Assembly (NCBI GenBank): GCA_028534125.1
Contig: CM052818.1
Span: 34,410,001-34,474,000, forward strand
Source of the DNA: Lama glama
Taxonomy: Eukaryota
Direction of reading: 5' to 3'
DNA length: 64,000 bases
The notes beneath the pieces were generated by a model. That model did not search any database, was not told the DNA's origin, and saw only the letters and a list, made by a program, of their open reading frames with translations. Position 1 is the first letter of the stretch. Each line of letters begins with the position of its first letter. Shown here piece by piece: positions 1-12,974 of the stretch. A program made the translations under genes and the position numbers.

Positions 1-2
1 TG

Positions 3-34
3 TGTTTTTGTTTTGTTTTGTTTTGTTTTGTTTT
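3..34. repeat. (GTTTT)n simple repeat
   Basis: Direct tandem repeat. Confidence 0.9.
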
Positions 35-999
35 AGATAAAAAAATAGAAGAGAAAATATCCATTCCGGAGCTAAGCAGTGGTTGTGGGGACTCAAATGG
101 CTCCAGAAGGCCTTGGGTCAGTCTTCCAGTAGGAGAGGTCTGAGCAGGTGCCAGTTTAGCTCCCTGCCTTCTCTGACACTTCTTCTGCCACTAGCCAGGG
201 CTTGAAGCTCTGGTTCTGGGAAGGAGATATAACCCTCACTTTTTACTTGCAATAACTCAGAAGTAACAATACACACCCAAGCCGGTAATGTGGAGAGGAG
301 CTGAAGCTCCGTCCTGCAGGCGGAGGACTGATGAAGGGAACCTTGCTAGTTGGACACAGGATTCATCTGTGGTCACTGCTGCAGCTGAATCTTGCATAGG
401 GACGACTTGACTCTGTAAACCTTGTTGTAGCCCACATCCAGGCTCTTCCAAGGCTGTTCTTCTTTTCCTGACTCTCTGAGAAGCCTGTCTTCCCTTCCTA
501 GTCCTACCTTGTTCTTCCATAGTTTCTGTCAAGCCCTCCCTCAGTTATCCTGGTCTCCAAGGAACCAGAAACAGGATCCTTTCCTCATTCTTCCCTGGCT
601 CTAGGTTCTCTGGAGTCCTCAGTGTTGTTTCCTCTTTTAGTCCCATCTTGATGCCACCCAGAAATTGGGGGTCTTTTTAGTTACATCAGCACATGGAGAT
701 AGCCTCCTCATGGAAGAGCTTATGACTCCAGAGTCCCTTCTTCAGCCACAGTATATGGCCTTTTACATTTAAGATGGTTATTTACTCTTCAATGTATCAT
801 CATCAAACCACTCCTTAACTCCAGGTGGCCTGGCTTGCTTTCTCATCATTTTGCAAAAATTTTCTCGCTTTCTCTAAGACACCAATGAGCTATTCTTTGC
901 CAAGTTAATCAGCTGGTACAGCCCTGTGCCTTCAAGCTTCAGGTCTATCCCCAAGCCATTTAGCCATTCCCCAGTACCAATGAGTCCCTGGCAAAGATC

Positions 1000-1400
1000 C
1001 AATATTGTGGAGACATAAATTCTTCCTAAATTAATCTATAAATTCAGTGAAATCCCAGTAAAAACTTAATAAGAGTTTTAAAAATGGAATTTTACAAGCA
1101 AATTCTAAAAGCCATCTGGAAGGAAAAATGTACAAAAATACCCAGGCGAATTCTGACACAGTAAGAACAACAAGAAGGAAACAGCTCTCCCATGTATAAA
1201 CATACACTATAAAGTGGTCAATACAGAGTGATATTGGTGTATGAACAGATAATCCAAACAATGGAACGGATAAAGAAATAGATCCATGGAAATCTAGTGT
1301 GTGCTAAAAGGGCATTTTAAATCACTAGGGAAAGACTGACTATTCAAGAATGGTTTTGAGACATCAGATTACCCACTTTGAAAAAAATTAAGTTAGTATA
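1000..1400 (+). mobile_element. Old L1 (L1M/L1ME-like) ORF2 fragment, continuing at about 2185-2390 and 4690-5880
   Basis: A-rich degenerate L1 ORF2 3' region (aaattaatctataaattcagtgaaatccca...caatggaacggataaagaaatagatcca). Confidence 0.7.
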
Positions 1401-1727
1401 TTGGTGATGGTTTTACTTTCTGAAAAGAGAATTCATTCTAGCCATTTTGGTCGGAAAGAATTTATGGAAGGCATGTACAGCTGCCAGAATTGTAGGGAGT
1501 GTTGGAGGAAAAGATTTTAGGTTGAACTTACCAGGACAACTTCTAAAGCCACAGTGCAGAACTGAGCCACTGAAGGAGATGTCATTGCTGCAGTTTGGAA
1601 GCTTCCAGACAGCAGGAAGCTTTGCTATGGAAGCTATTCCAAAACTACCACCTCTGCCAGGATCTGTGCTAGTAAAATGGAGGCTGTGCTGTCTTTTTCT
1701 CCATGTAACTCAGAGCTTCATGTGAGT

Positions 1728-2086
1728 TGTATCTGCTTGGGTCTTCTGGGAAGTAGACACCAAGATGGACTTAGGGGGGCAGGAGATTTGTTGGGACCAT
1801 GCCTATAAAAATAAAGAGGATAAGGAGCAGGAGTAGCAGGGAAAGCCTTCAGACTATAATACAGGTGTGACACTTGTGAAAGGAAAGGAGGAGAGAAGAT
1901 TGAGTAGGAAAAGCTTCAGGCTGCAGTGCAGCTTTGAGGAAGTCTTGGCCACTACAAAATTGTCCTCGGAAGAGTTCCTTTCTGTGGGGCAGAAATGGCC
2001 ATGACTTAGTTTCTTCTTCATGCTCAGTCACTGGCTTGGAGCTGTGGCAGATCCTGAAGACATCCAAATGGGGAATCTCCACTACA
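1728..2086 (-). mobile_element. ERVL solo LTR, LTR16B-like, nested in a MaLR-like LTR fragment
   Basis: TG...CA ends; ggaagtagacaccaagatgga, gggaaagccttcagac and gggcagaaatggcca match LTR16B as recalled. Confidence 0.65.
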
Positions 2087-2400
2087 TCTGAAAATCAAGA
2101 AAAGTCTCTGCAATATGGGAAGGCACACCAGAAGGGCACTGATGTGAATTTTGATCCAGCTAATCTATAGTGTCTATTTACCACAGACCCCTACCTCACA
2201 GCACATACAAAATAAATTTCAGATGGATGAAAGAAGTGCAGGTAAAAAAACAAACCTATACAATTATTAGGGAAAAAATAGGGACACATTTCTGTAACCT
2301 TGGAATAGGGAAGGCCTTTTAAAGCAAAACAAAATCTAGAAAACATAGAGACATATTTCAAATTAGTTTTTATTTAATTCCATGTTTTAAAAAAAGTAAT

Positions 2401-4680
2401 GAACATTAACATACTTAATGGTGACAAAAGATGCTTTTCTTCTAAGACTGGGGACAAGACAAGGATATCCCTCTCACTAGTCCTGGTCAATACCATGCTG
2501 AAAGATTTAGCTAATGCAATAGGACAAGAAAAGGAAATAGGATATACAGAATGCAAAGGAAGACAAAAACTCTCTTTGTTTGCACATAACATGATTGTCT
2601 GTGTAGAATCACAAAGAATTAATGAAAACTCCTGGAACTAATATTGTGATTATAGCAAAGTTGCAGGATACAAGGTTAATATACAAAAATTAGTTACCTT
2701 CCTGTATACAGGCAATGAATAATTAGAATTTAATATTGAAAAGAAAACACCATGTACATTAGCATAAAAAAGAAAGAAACAAAGAAAAACAAACACAGAA
2801 ACAATGAAAAAGAAAGAAAGGAAAGAAAGAAATCAATCAATCAATCTACCAAAATATATGCAGGATATATATAAAGAAAACTACAAAATGAAAAAAGCAA
2901 AGAATATCTAAATAAATGAAGAAATATTTCATGTTCATAAATAGGTAAACTCAAAATTGTTTAGATACTGGTTCTTCCCAACTTGATCTCTAGATTTAAT
3001 ACAGTATCAATCAAAATCCCACCAAGTTATTTTGTGGATATCAACAAACTGATTCCAAGGTTTATATGGAAAGGCAAATGACCCAGAATAGCCAACACAA
3101 TACTGAAGAAGAACAAAGTCAGAGGACTGATACTACACGACTTCCAGGTTTACTGTAAAGCTATAGTGAGCAAGACAGCATGATATTGATGAAAGGATAA
3201 ATAGATCAATGGAACAGAATAAAGAGACCACAAATAGACCCATATATAGTCAAATAGCCAAATATAGTCAAATAGACTTTGACAAAGGAGCAAAAATTAT
3301 ACAATGGAGTAGTGTTTTCAACATATGATACTGAAATGATTGGACATACTTATGCAAAAATCAATAAATCTAGACACAGACCTTACATTCTTTACAAAAT
3401 TAACCAAAAATGGATCATAGATCTAAATGTAAAATTAAAAATATAAATTTTCTAGAGAATAACATAGGAGAAAATCTAGGTGACCTTGAGTTTGACAATG
3501 ATATTTTTAGATACAACACCAAACCTTGAAAGAAAAAGTTGCTAAGTTCAAATTCATTAAAATTAAAAACTCTGCCCTGTGAAGGATACAGTTAAGAGAT
3601 TGAAAAGACAGGCCACAGGCAAGGAGAAAATCTTTGCAAAAGACATAGCTCATAAAGGACTTGTATCCAAAATATATAAAGAGCTTTAAAAACTCAATAA
3701 TAAGAAAACAACCAAACCAATTAAAAATTGGGCCAAAAATCTGAACAGATACCTCAACAAAGAAGACATGCAGATGGCAAATATGCTTATGAGGAGATGT
3801 TTAACATCATAAGTCATCAGGGAACTGCAGATTAAAACAATAGTGAAATACAACTACTCATCTATTAGAATGGCTAAAATCCCAAACACTGACAACATCA
3901 AATGCTGGCAAGAATATGGAGACACAGAAACTCTCGTGGGAATGAAATGTGGTGCAGCCACTTTGGAAGACAGTTTGGCAGTCTCTTACAAAACTATAGA
4001 CATAGTCTTCTATACAATTCAGCAATCCTGCTCCTAGGTGTTTACCCAAATGAGTTGAAGACTTTGTCTATGCAAAAACCTACACACAAATATTTAAAGT
4101 AGCTTTGTTCATAACTCAGTAATTGAAAGCAANNNNNNNNNNNNNNNNNNNNNNNNNNNNNNNNNNNNNNNNNNNNNNNNNNNNNNNNNNNNNNNNNNNN
4201 NNNNNNNNNNNNNNNNNNNNNNNNNNNNNNNNNNNNNNNNNNNNNNNNNNNNNNNNNNNNNNNNNNNNNNNNNNGAAGCTACATACTATATAACTTCAAC
4301 TATATGGTATTCTGGAAAGGGCAAAACTATGGAGACAGTAAAAAAAAAAAAAAAAGCATTGATTTCCAGAGGTCCCAGAGGAGGAAGGGAGGGACGAATA
4401 ACAGAGTGTAGTCATTTTTAAGGCAGTGAAACTCTTCTCTATGATACTGTAACGGTCGATACAAGGCATCATGCATTTGTCAAAACCCATAGAACTATAC
4501 AACATAGAAAGCCAACCCTAATGAACTCTATGCATTTTAGTTATTAAATGTATCAATATTGGTTCATCAGTTGTCACAAATTACCACACCAATGCAAGAT
4601 GTTAATAATGTTAATAATAGGGGAACATTCTGCTCATTTTTTCTACCTAAAACTGCTCTAAAAATAGTCTATTAAAATTT
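2401..4680 (+). mobile_element. 5'-truncated L1MC-type LINE (ORF2 3' half plus 3' UTR), degenerate
   Basis: RT-region remnants (KTGDKTRISLS..., KLSLFAHNMIV), L1MC-type 3' UTR; direct repeat aaaagtaat at 2392-2400 and 4681-4689 (candidate TSD). Confidence 0.85.
4133..4274. other. Assembly gap (N run)
   Basis: Run of N. Confidence 0.99.
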
Positions 4681-4732
4681 AAAAGTAATTAATATACTTG
4701 GAGAAAAATTTGGCAGCAAATGTAACAGATGA

Positions 4733-4869
4733 TAGTATGGCGGCTATACGTTCTAGTTTTCTGAGGACAGTTTTGGCTTATACCTGTTGTCCTGGTGTCC
4801 CATCTGCTTTAGCATTTGTCATTCTCAAAGGTGTCCTGGTTTGAATGATAAATTATATGATCACCCTAG
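4733..4869 (-). mobile_element. MER94-like MITE (hAT-Blackjack)
   Basis: Minus strand begins tagggtgatcatataatttatcattcaaaccaggacacctttgaga, matching MER94 as recalled. Confidence 0.75.
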
Positions 4870-4998
4870 ACAAAAACTTATTATATACAATAAAAAAGTT
4901 ATTTTATATATTATATTATATATATATATAAAGGAGATATGTAATGAACTCCTATAAAGCAATAAGAAAGAAACACTGCCCAAGAGACTAATGGGCAG

Positions 4999-5196
4999 NN
5001 NNNNNNNNNNNNNNNNNNNNNNNNNNNNNNNNNNNNNNNNNNNNNNNNNNNNNNNNNNNNNNNNNNNNNNNNNNNNNNNNNNNNNNNNNNNNNNNNNNNN
5101 NNNNNNNNNNNNNNNNNNNNNNNNNNNNNNNNNNNNNNNNNNNNNNNNNNNNNNNNNNNNNNNNNNNNNNNNNNNNNNNNNNNNNNNNNNNNNNNN
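4999..5196. other. Assembly gap (N run)
   Basis: Run of N. Confidence 0.99.
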
Positions 5197-5393
5197 GTCT
5201 TTCTTCTGTGCACACACAAGTCTGTGTCCTAATCGCCTCTTCTTATAAGGACACAAGTCACATTGGATTATGGCCCACCACATGACCTCATTTTATCTTA
5301 ATTACTGCCTTAAAGGCCCCCATCTCCAAATTTGGTCACATCTGAGAAGCTGGGGGTTAGGACTTAAACATATTAATTTGTCAGCCCATAACA
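5197..5393 (-). mobile_element. MaLR LTR fragment (MLT1B-like)
   Basis: cttcttataaggacacaagtcacattggatta...gggttaggactt...cagcccataaca. Confidence 0.75.
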
Positions 5394-7199
5394 ATAGACA
5401 ATTCACAGAAGACGTACAAATGGCCAATAAATATATGTCAATATATTTACTATCATAATAAACTAGAGACATACAAATTTAAAACAGTAATAATGACAAT
5501 CATCCCCAATAGAATGACAAAAATAATAAAAGGAAATTGATTCTATCCAAGGTTGGCAAGAATATAGGGAATGGCCATTTGTTGGTGGAACAAATTGATA
5601 CAGCTTTTTTGGAGGGCAACTTGGCAGGCTCCGTCAAAATAAAAAAGTACATATCCTTTGGCCTAGAAGTTTTACTTTTGATTGTACAGTGAGTACAGAA
5701 ATACTCACTGAGGCACAAAGAGGCATGCATAAAAATGTTAACTGCAGTTTTTTGGTAATATTTAAAATTAAAAAACATTTAAATTTCTGTTAATAAATAA
5801 GCTATGGTACATCCATACTATGGGATGCAATACTGGGGTTAGAGAGAATGAGATGGACCTATGAGAAAATGAATTTCATATGATATCCTATGAATAAAGT
5901 AGACCTATGATAAAATGGAACCATAAAACACATTAAGCAACTCAAAAAAGAGGAAATTGAGGCTACAGAACAGATGGGGAGACACAGACACAAATAGCAA
6001 AATGGTAGATTTAAACTAAATAGTATCAACAATCACATTAAATGTAAATGGTCTAAACACCCCACATCTGATAATTTTTTGGCTTTTTGATTGGGTGTGT
6101 CAGTAGGGCTCCCATGACAAAACTTTGAAATCAGCCTTTACTCAACCTCTCTCCTTTTTGTTCTTTGTCCTGGAATTATAAAATTACTTTATAGTGAGTT
6201 TATATTAAGTTGGTTTTTTTTTAACTGGGGAAAAATGCCATTTTAGAATTACAAGCTATCTGCCTTTTAGAATGGAGACTAAAATTTGCTTTATGGAAGA
6301 TGTTTCTTTATTTTCGAATGTACCGCTTAGGCTGGCCCTTTTAGCTGTGCTAATATAAAGCAAGGACCTATTATTCTTGGTGAGAATGGGAAGGCACTGA
6401 GGGGATCCTAAAGGACATTTTCAGTCTAAAATGTTAATACTCTTTAGTAATATACATTGAGTGATTTGTGGAATTCTGCCTCTGAGCATTGTTTTATTTA
6501 GAGCACCACCATGCCCTAATTTGGAATCAGACAACCCTTAGCCTGAAACTGGTGTGTTCCTGCAAAGTGGTGTGTGTTACTTCGGGATCAGTTGTTTGCA
6601 CAAGATAAGGAGCTGAGATGGAGAAGAATGTGGGAGAGAAGTGCTCACTTCTTCAGCTGAGACTGGAGAAAACAACTGTGCAAATAACCCAGACTGGACG
6701 TGGCACAGCCCAACCTAGACCTGGGAACTGGTATCCCACCCGAGGATGCTGTTTTAGCCTGATCATCCCCACTTTGGGGAAATGTCCTGGCAGGTGTTTT
6801 GTTTTGATACTCCTATTGTCAGTAATGCATAGAAGAGGCAAATTCCCTGGCAGGACAAGAGAGCTTGGGAGGCAGATCTTAGCTGTTAGTGAGAGGGAAA
6901 ACCTACCGCCAGGAGCTGGGGTGGGGGTGGGGTCATTGCTTAGACCTGGACTCCAAGGAAGGGGAATACTTGCAATACACCTGGCGGTGGAAGGGGATTT
7001 ATCCCTGGCCACACGGAGGCAGCTGGCATGTGAGGTGGGGAGAGGGCTTATAAAGGACCTTGAAATTAGCTCAGGGTGGTGGGGTCTCAGCAGAGCCACT
7101 CTGAGAACAATTATAGGGTGCTTTCTGGTATATATTCCCCTTTTTCTCTCTAAGATTTCAGGCAATGCTGTTAACTTGTCTTTCGCTCTGGTGTAGAGA

Positions 7200-7470
7200 A
7201 TTAGGAGAGAGCCTGGCCCATGCCTGGGGCAGAGGGATGGAGGTCTGCATGGCTCTGGCTGTAATGGTACCTTGGGGAGGGAGCTCGACAGAGAACTGTA
7301 GGAGCTGCAGCCGAGCAGGGAGCCAGGGGCACAGCGTGCAGGGGTTTGTAAGTCATTTGAAGGAACTAGTTTATCTTGTAGGCCCTGGTGACCCACTGAA
7401 GAATATTAAGCAAGACGGTGATGTGATCCAATTTACATTCTATAGAAAGAAAAATATCCCAGCATGTCTC
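7200..7470 (+). mobile_element. L2 fragment
   Basis: ccactgaagaatattaagcaagacggtgatgtgatccaatttacatt is typical L2 sequence. Confidence 0.6.
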
Positions 7471-8314
7471 ATACCTTTGTAGACAGCTGGAGTGGATGCT
7501 TCTGTCTCTGTCTGGCCAGTACCTCTTCAACCCTCCTGTGGTAACAGATCCCTTCTTTTCTGTGGGAAATCTATTCTGTGTAAGTGGGGTAGAGCTGATT
7601 GCAATCTTCTTGAAGACAGGGAGTGTGCCATTCCTGGAGCCTACATAGTCCTCCCTTTTACATGAGCCAATATTTTTTTGTTCTTATTTAACCTAATTTG
7701 CCACAGTTCTCTTGCTCATGAGAAAGAATTCTTACTAACAGTTGTGCGTCCTCTCTGATTTGCTCTTCCCTAGACTCAATATCCTCAATTCATTTGACAT
7801 TTGAGATGGTTTCCAGATCCCGCCCTGCAAGGTCATTCTCCTCTAGACAGAGATGTGCATACTAGTGTCTTTGAGGGGATCGTCTCTCTAAGAGTTGTAT
7901 TACAGTCAAGTACATGATGGGGTCTTCTCTGGAGAAATCCAGACAAAAGGTTGATACCCATGGATCAAGTGCTGGGGAGGACTTTTGGGGGACCCTGGTC
8001 ATGGCAATATATGATTTGAGGTATCTACACTTTTATAAAGAATGAAAAACTTGGTTCTACCATGGGGTGTTCTCAGAAGCCAGCACCTTGAATAACTTCA
8101 GTTTCTAAGTGGAAGGGAAGGTAGAAAGGAGTGTGTCCTCAGTATTGGCCCAAAGGGTCCCAAGGGCTTCCCTGAAATGTAAATGGAACCACTCAGTCAT
8201 CTTAATTGGCCATTAAGAGATGATCCATAATATAAAAGAGGCTTCAAGAAACATCAAGGGGAAGGGGGCAGGGAGACACTCGGGCCAGTCCTGTCCTTAT
8301 CATTATCTGAAGGG

Positions 8315-8335
8315 GTGTGTGTGTGTGTGTGTGTG
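8315..8335. repeat. (GT)n microsatellite
   Basis: Direct. Confidence 0.9.
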
Positions 8336-10219
8336 AATAGTAAGCCCACTTTCTTCCAGATCCTACAAGGGTTTCCATAACCCTCTAGGTTACAGTGAGC
8401 TGAGGACCTGCCTTCAACAGAACAGGACTGGATTTAGACTCCTGGATGGTGGATCGCCTCAAGTGCCCTTCAGAGACTGCTCAGAACCTCACCAAGTCCT
8501 GCTCAGTTTCTTGTTCCTCATCACTCAGTAAGTTACACACAAGATTAAAACCTTGTGTCCACCATGGTGGGTGTTCCCAAGTCCTATGACCTTATAGGGT
8601 CATCTTGCCTCTTAATATCCAAGGGAAAATGGATCAGACCTTCAACCCACAATAGAGGGAAACCCAGGGCTTCCTGCAGGACTTCTGGGGATTTTTCCTA
8701 ATCCCCTCTTATCTATTTCTATTGAATTAATTTCTTTCCTTACTTCCTCCCTCATTCTTCCCTCTCTCCCTCCCTTCCTATCCTTCTTTCTTCCTTGCTC
8801 TCCCCATCTTTCTTTCTTCTTTTTTATTCTTTTGCCCCTGAAATTGTTTTCTTCTCTTTGCCCTGTGTCAAGACAACTGTAAAACATAGACCCTTTTACT
8901 TGATTTCGCCAAAGTAGCCCTGGCATGGGGCATATGTAACACATTCCCCCACATATAATTGGGAGAGACGCATTGCATCTTAGCACAGAAAACTCCTTAA
9001 AGGTGAATATTGGCTATTCCCTTGCTCCACCCCCGCCCCCGCCCCCTGCAGCATCCACCATGTTTCCGGCCCTCTTGCTTCCCTCCCTGCCTCCCCACAC
9101 ACAGAGCCAGCCTCCCACAGCATCTTTTCTCCTATAGAGCAGCTCATTCCCGCTCTCTGCCCAGATGGCCTCAGGGCCAATCTCTGCCAGCCCAAAAAAC
9201 ATTAAGGGCCAGTTCTGAAATTACTTTTTCCCTTAACACAATCAAATTATTGGTCTTAGCTCCTTCCCCTACCGGTCTCTACAGGCACATAAAGATTTAT
9301 CCTTCTTCCCTCATTATACCACCCCCTTGGAAAGCAGAAGTGCCAGAATAATTTTAATGGTTGTTTAAATCACAGCCTTTTCTTTCCTGCTGCTCAGGTT
9401 TAGCTATAGCCCAGAGATGTTTCCATTGGCCCCACCTGCCTAGTTTCATACATCCTTTCCCCTCTGGCTCCACTCCTCCCTTGTCAGCACCTCCCTGGCC
9501 CCACCCTACGTCCCAAATATGGGAGCCTTCTTGAAACAGCCCAAGCCCTTATTTCCTGGCTTGCTGCCCGCAAGCTGGAGTACCTGCCGTGGGGACCATA
9601 GGAAGGCCCTCTTCCGCCTCCTCCAGCGAGGTCCTAGGAGTCCTGCTGTCTGCCTGGGGTCATTCTGTCTCTACTCTGTCTCACAGTGTGTGATCCAAAG
9701 CCTAGAGCTCTACATGTTCAGAGAATGGTGAGCCTTGGCAAGTCCCAGCACCCCCTGGAGCACCCAGCTGATGTGAGGCAACAAGAAGTGTTCCTTGTCT
9801 AGATCAGAGCTCCAGCACCTTCTGGGCCCTGGAGGGAAGCAGTCTGAATGGTATTTGGTCCCCCAAATGTTGCACAAATGGTAGACCTGGCTCCTCTCTA
9901 TGCCCCAGGCTGCCTGCGATGGCCCTGACCCAGCAGCCGGGGGAGGAGAAAGGAGCACTGCCTTAGGAGTCAAAGCATAAGGCCTCTGGGCTGGTTCGGC
10001 CATAAATTCATTTGACTGTTGGACAGCCCCTGTGTCTGTCTAGGCTCTGTCTCTTCATCTGAGAAGTGAAGCATTGGACCACCTGAGGTCCAGAGACCTG
10101 GAGCCCAGGCCTGGAAGGGGACGATGTCACCTCTTAGCTTTGGGCAGATGCTCGTTGTGGTTCCTGGGCCAGCCCCACCTGCAGGGGCATGGGTCTTGCT
10201 GGTCTAGGACACTGGGGTT

Positions 10220-10570
10220 CTGAGGGGCTGGAGGGAGGCCGGTGTGGCTGGGGTACAGTGAGGGAGGGAGAGTCACTCAGGATGAGGCTGGAGAGATGGG
10301 CAGGGCCTTAAAGGCCATGGTCAGGAAAGTCACTGAGGAGGTTTTCAGTGGGGGACCTGGCCTGATCTGATCAATGCTTTTAAAAGACCACTCTGCCTCC
10401 GAGTGGAGAATGGACTAAGGGGAAGCCAGAGTGGAATCAGGGGGACATGCTGGGAGGCTAGCGTGGTGGTCCAGGTGCAAGAAGGTGCCTGAGACCAGAG
10501 TGAAGCAGTGGAAGTGGAGAAACAGGCAGTGGTTGAAGCAGGGTATGTTTGGATGCAATCAATATGGCAG
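10220..10570 (+). mobile_element. L2 fragment
   Basis: gatgaggctggagag...ttttaaaagaccactctg...tggagaatggact...gtggtccaggtg. Confidence 0.7.
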
Positions 10571-11229
10571 AGGTGAGGGTGCTGGACAGCCTGGGTCCCT
10601 CAGCTCCTAGTTTAGGGCTGTTCTCACCAACACTCAGGCACTTCTTTCTGGCCATTTAGATGTCAGTGGAGCTCAGCGAGCCTCCAATGAAAGGATGTTC
10701 GGGGGACAGAGGGCTCACTAAACTTTGCTGCCAGCTTAGTAACTGAGGTAAGAGCCTCATGCTCCTCCTCACCCCAACAATGATGCTCGGAAGGGTAACA
10801 ACTGGTGGGAACAGAAGGTGGAGGAGCCTGTGGCAAGGGGGATGGGCTTGGCTTCCCCACTGGGATAAGCAGGGGGCAGGACTCCCCAAATGGCAGCGGT
10901 CTCCAATCCTTGAACCATCTTCATTAGCTGCCCATTCTCTGCAGCAGTGAGGAACAGCTCCCAGCTGGCTGGCCCGTCTAATTTCAGGAACCCTCTCTCC
11001 CGAGAGTTGGTTCATACTCAGCTTGGTCTGCTCCAGGTCCCAGAGGTCTTTGGTCTGATTTCCTGCTTCAGAGCTCCACTCTCCAGGTCTGGCAGGTGGG
11101 GCGACTCAGTCAGCTGGGTTTGCCTGGCAGGAGACTGGGGGCACTCTTTGGGAATGGAGAAGGAGGCAGGGTCACGTGGGACAGGGTGAGCGTGAGAATA
11201 GCCAATAGGAGCCTGGTGTGAGAGGGTCG

Positions 11230-11770
11230 GGCCATTTGCTGAATACAATTTAAATCTTTGCCATGTTTTCTGCCAAGAAAAGAGAAGTGGCTGATGAAAA
11301 CCACATGGCTCTAAGTAAGTGGAAGTGAGGAGCCTGGCTTTGTTGTGCGAGTATGTTGAAGATGTGGCTGTTGGTCTCCCGTGCAATGGAAAAAATCTCT
11401 ATTTTAAAGAATACAATGTTAAGAGGCACTCTGAGATGAACCACATTTCGCAATTAAGTAGTTTACAAGGTCAGCAAAGGAAGGACAAATTAAACCAGCG
11501 GAAGATCTTAATACCAAAATTTGGTTAAAAGTTCAATGCTAGTCTGAAACTGTAATATAGGCTTGTGACGTAGTGTTACAAAAATAGCCCCAAAGATGAA
11601 ACTCTTCGGGGACGGAGAGCAATTAAAAATGCTTAAAGTACTGGTGCAGGTATTGAATTTCTTCACGTTTGAAAAAAAGACATTTTTTTAAAAAATGCAA
11701 ACTGCCATTTTTTCTACTTTTTCTAAGTTGACCGTGAGGCAAACGCAACCCAGAGACACAGACAAACAGA
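11230..11770 (+). mobile_element. Decayed hAT (Charlie/GTF2IRD2-SPIN-like) transposase N-terminal fragment
   Basis: Across frameshifts from ATG 11263: MFSAKKRKVADEN...KEYNVKRHSEMNHISQLSSLQGQQRKDKL...ETVI*A...KLFGDGE, a BED-finger-type hAT N-terminus. Confidence 0.7.
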
Positions 11771-12009
11771 ACTACCGTTCACTCTTTGCAGAACAGAATT
11801 CTAATTTCTTTAAGTTCCAACATAGTGTGGTTCCAGCTGGCCTCCCCTGAATTTTCTGCACGGAATGCTGCTGACGGCCCCGCCAGCCCCACACCCTGCC
11901 CTCCATCCTGTTTGCAGGCTACCACCTGCGGGGCTTCATGGTGCACTTACCTGCCCCTGGGGTGCCCTTCCTCCTGGCTGAGAGGAAAAACATTAGCCAT
12001 TCATCAAAG

Positions 12010-12960
12010 ATACTAATTACCAAATTCTATCCATGCCGCTGTAACTTGCCTTTGATTCTTTTGCATCGATTGCAGTTCTCTGGTGAATTCTCCATCTTGT
12101 CATCGATTTGCTTGACCGTATTAACCACAGTTATTTAAAAGTCTGTGTCAGATAACTCCAATATCTGGATCACCTGTGGGTCCGATTCTGTTATGGAGAT
12201 AATGTTTTTGGCTCTGGCTGATGTTACATTTCATCAGGGAGGATTTATTTTGGTTTTCCCCAAGGCAGTTCAAGTGTCGGAAGGCCATCTCACTCCAGCC
12301 TGGGGTTGAGCTGGCTTGAAGCTGGCAGTCAGACTTTGAAGGCTGCTCTGTTTCTGGCTCACCCAGGCTCCTAGTGCCTCAGCCTTCTGGGGTTCTCACT
12401 GGGAATCTGGGTTGTTTTCTGTGGTCCTTCTCTTTGGTGGGCCTTTGATTCCCAGTTTGTTTACCCAGCCCCATCTTACTGCCCAAAATCTCCGCCCAAC
12501 TTCCCAGCTTGCTTTCGGCTAACGCTTCGCCACTTGGGAGGATGCTGCCTCCGACTCGGCAAGTGCCTTCAGGGAAGAGGGCCTGGGGATTTTGAACTAA
12601 CGTACTGTGGTCCTTTTCTCTGTTCTTCTCCTTGACTTCTTGGCCCTCAGATCCTGCTTGCCTGGGGACTTTGAACTCCAGACTTGTCCCCTTACCCTGT
12701 GAGATTTTCAGAACCTCTAATGCAAGTTCTCAGCTTCTTCTCAAACACTTTTTGCTTGGTTTTTAGCCCCTTGGCCCCATGCTGCTCACAAGTCAGGGAT
12801 ACCTTAAGGGGAAGAGTAGTGCTGAATGTCACCTCCATATGCTGCCATCTCTCAGGATCCTGACCTTTCACATCCTGGCTGCCTGCCAACGGACGGCTTT
12901 TAGAGTTTGTCCAGCTTATTCTTGGTGAGAGAACAGGTCTCTAACAAGCCACTCCAACTA
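12010..12960 (-). mobile_element. Old L1 5'/ORF1 region (L1M4/L1ME-type)
   Basis: cagttatttaaaagtctgtgtcagataactccaatatctggatca is antisense L1 ORF1 start region. Confidence 0.65.
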
Positions 12961-12974
12961 TAAGACGTGGGATC

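Noticed and set aside
2401-4100. Active L1 reverse transcriptase
   Set aside because: 5'-truncated and heavily interrupted
4861-5283. ORFs with long X runs
   Set aside because: Artefacts of translating through the N gap
6618-7396. Longest ORFs in the track (247 aa on -, 192 aa on +), overlapping antiparallel
   Set aside because: No recognisable domain, no splice or phase link to anything, and partly overlapping L2/LTR-like sequence; consistent with chance ORFs
9009-9047. Tandem GC boxes and CCAAT-like motif as a promoter
   Set aside because: No CpG island or associated exon; such motifs are common by chance in C-rich sequence
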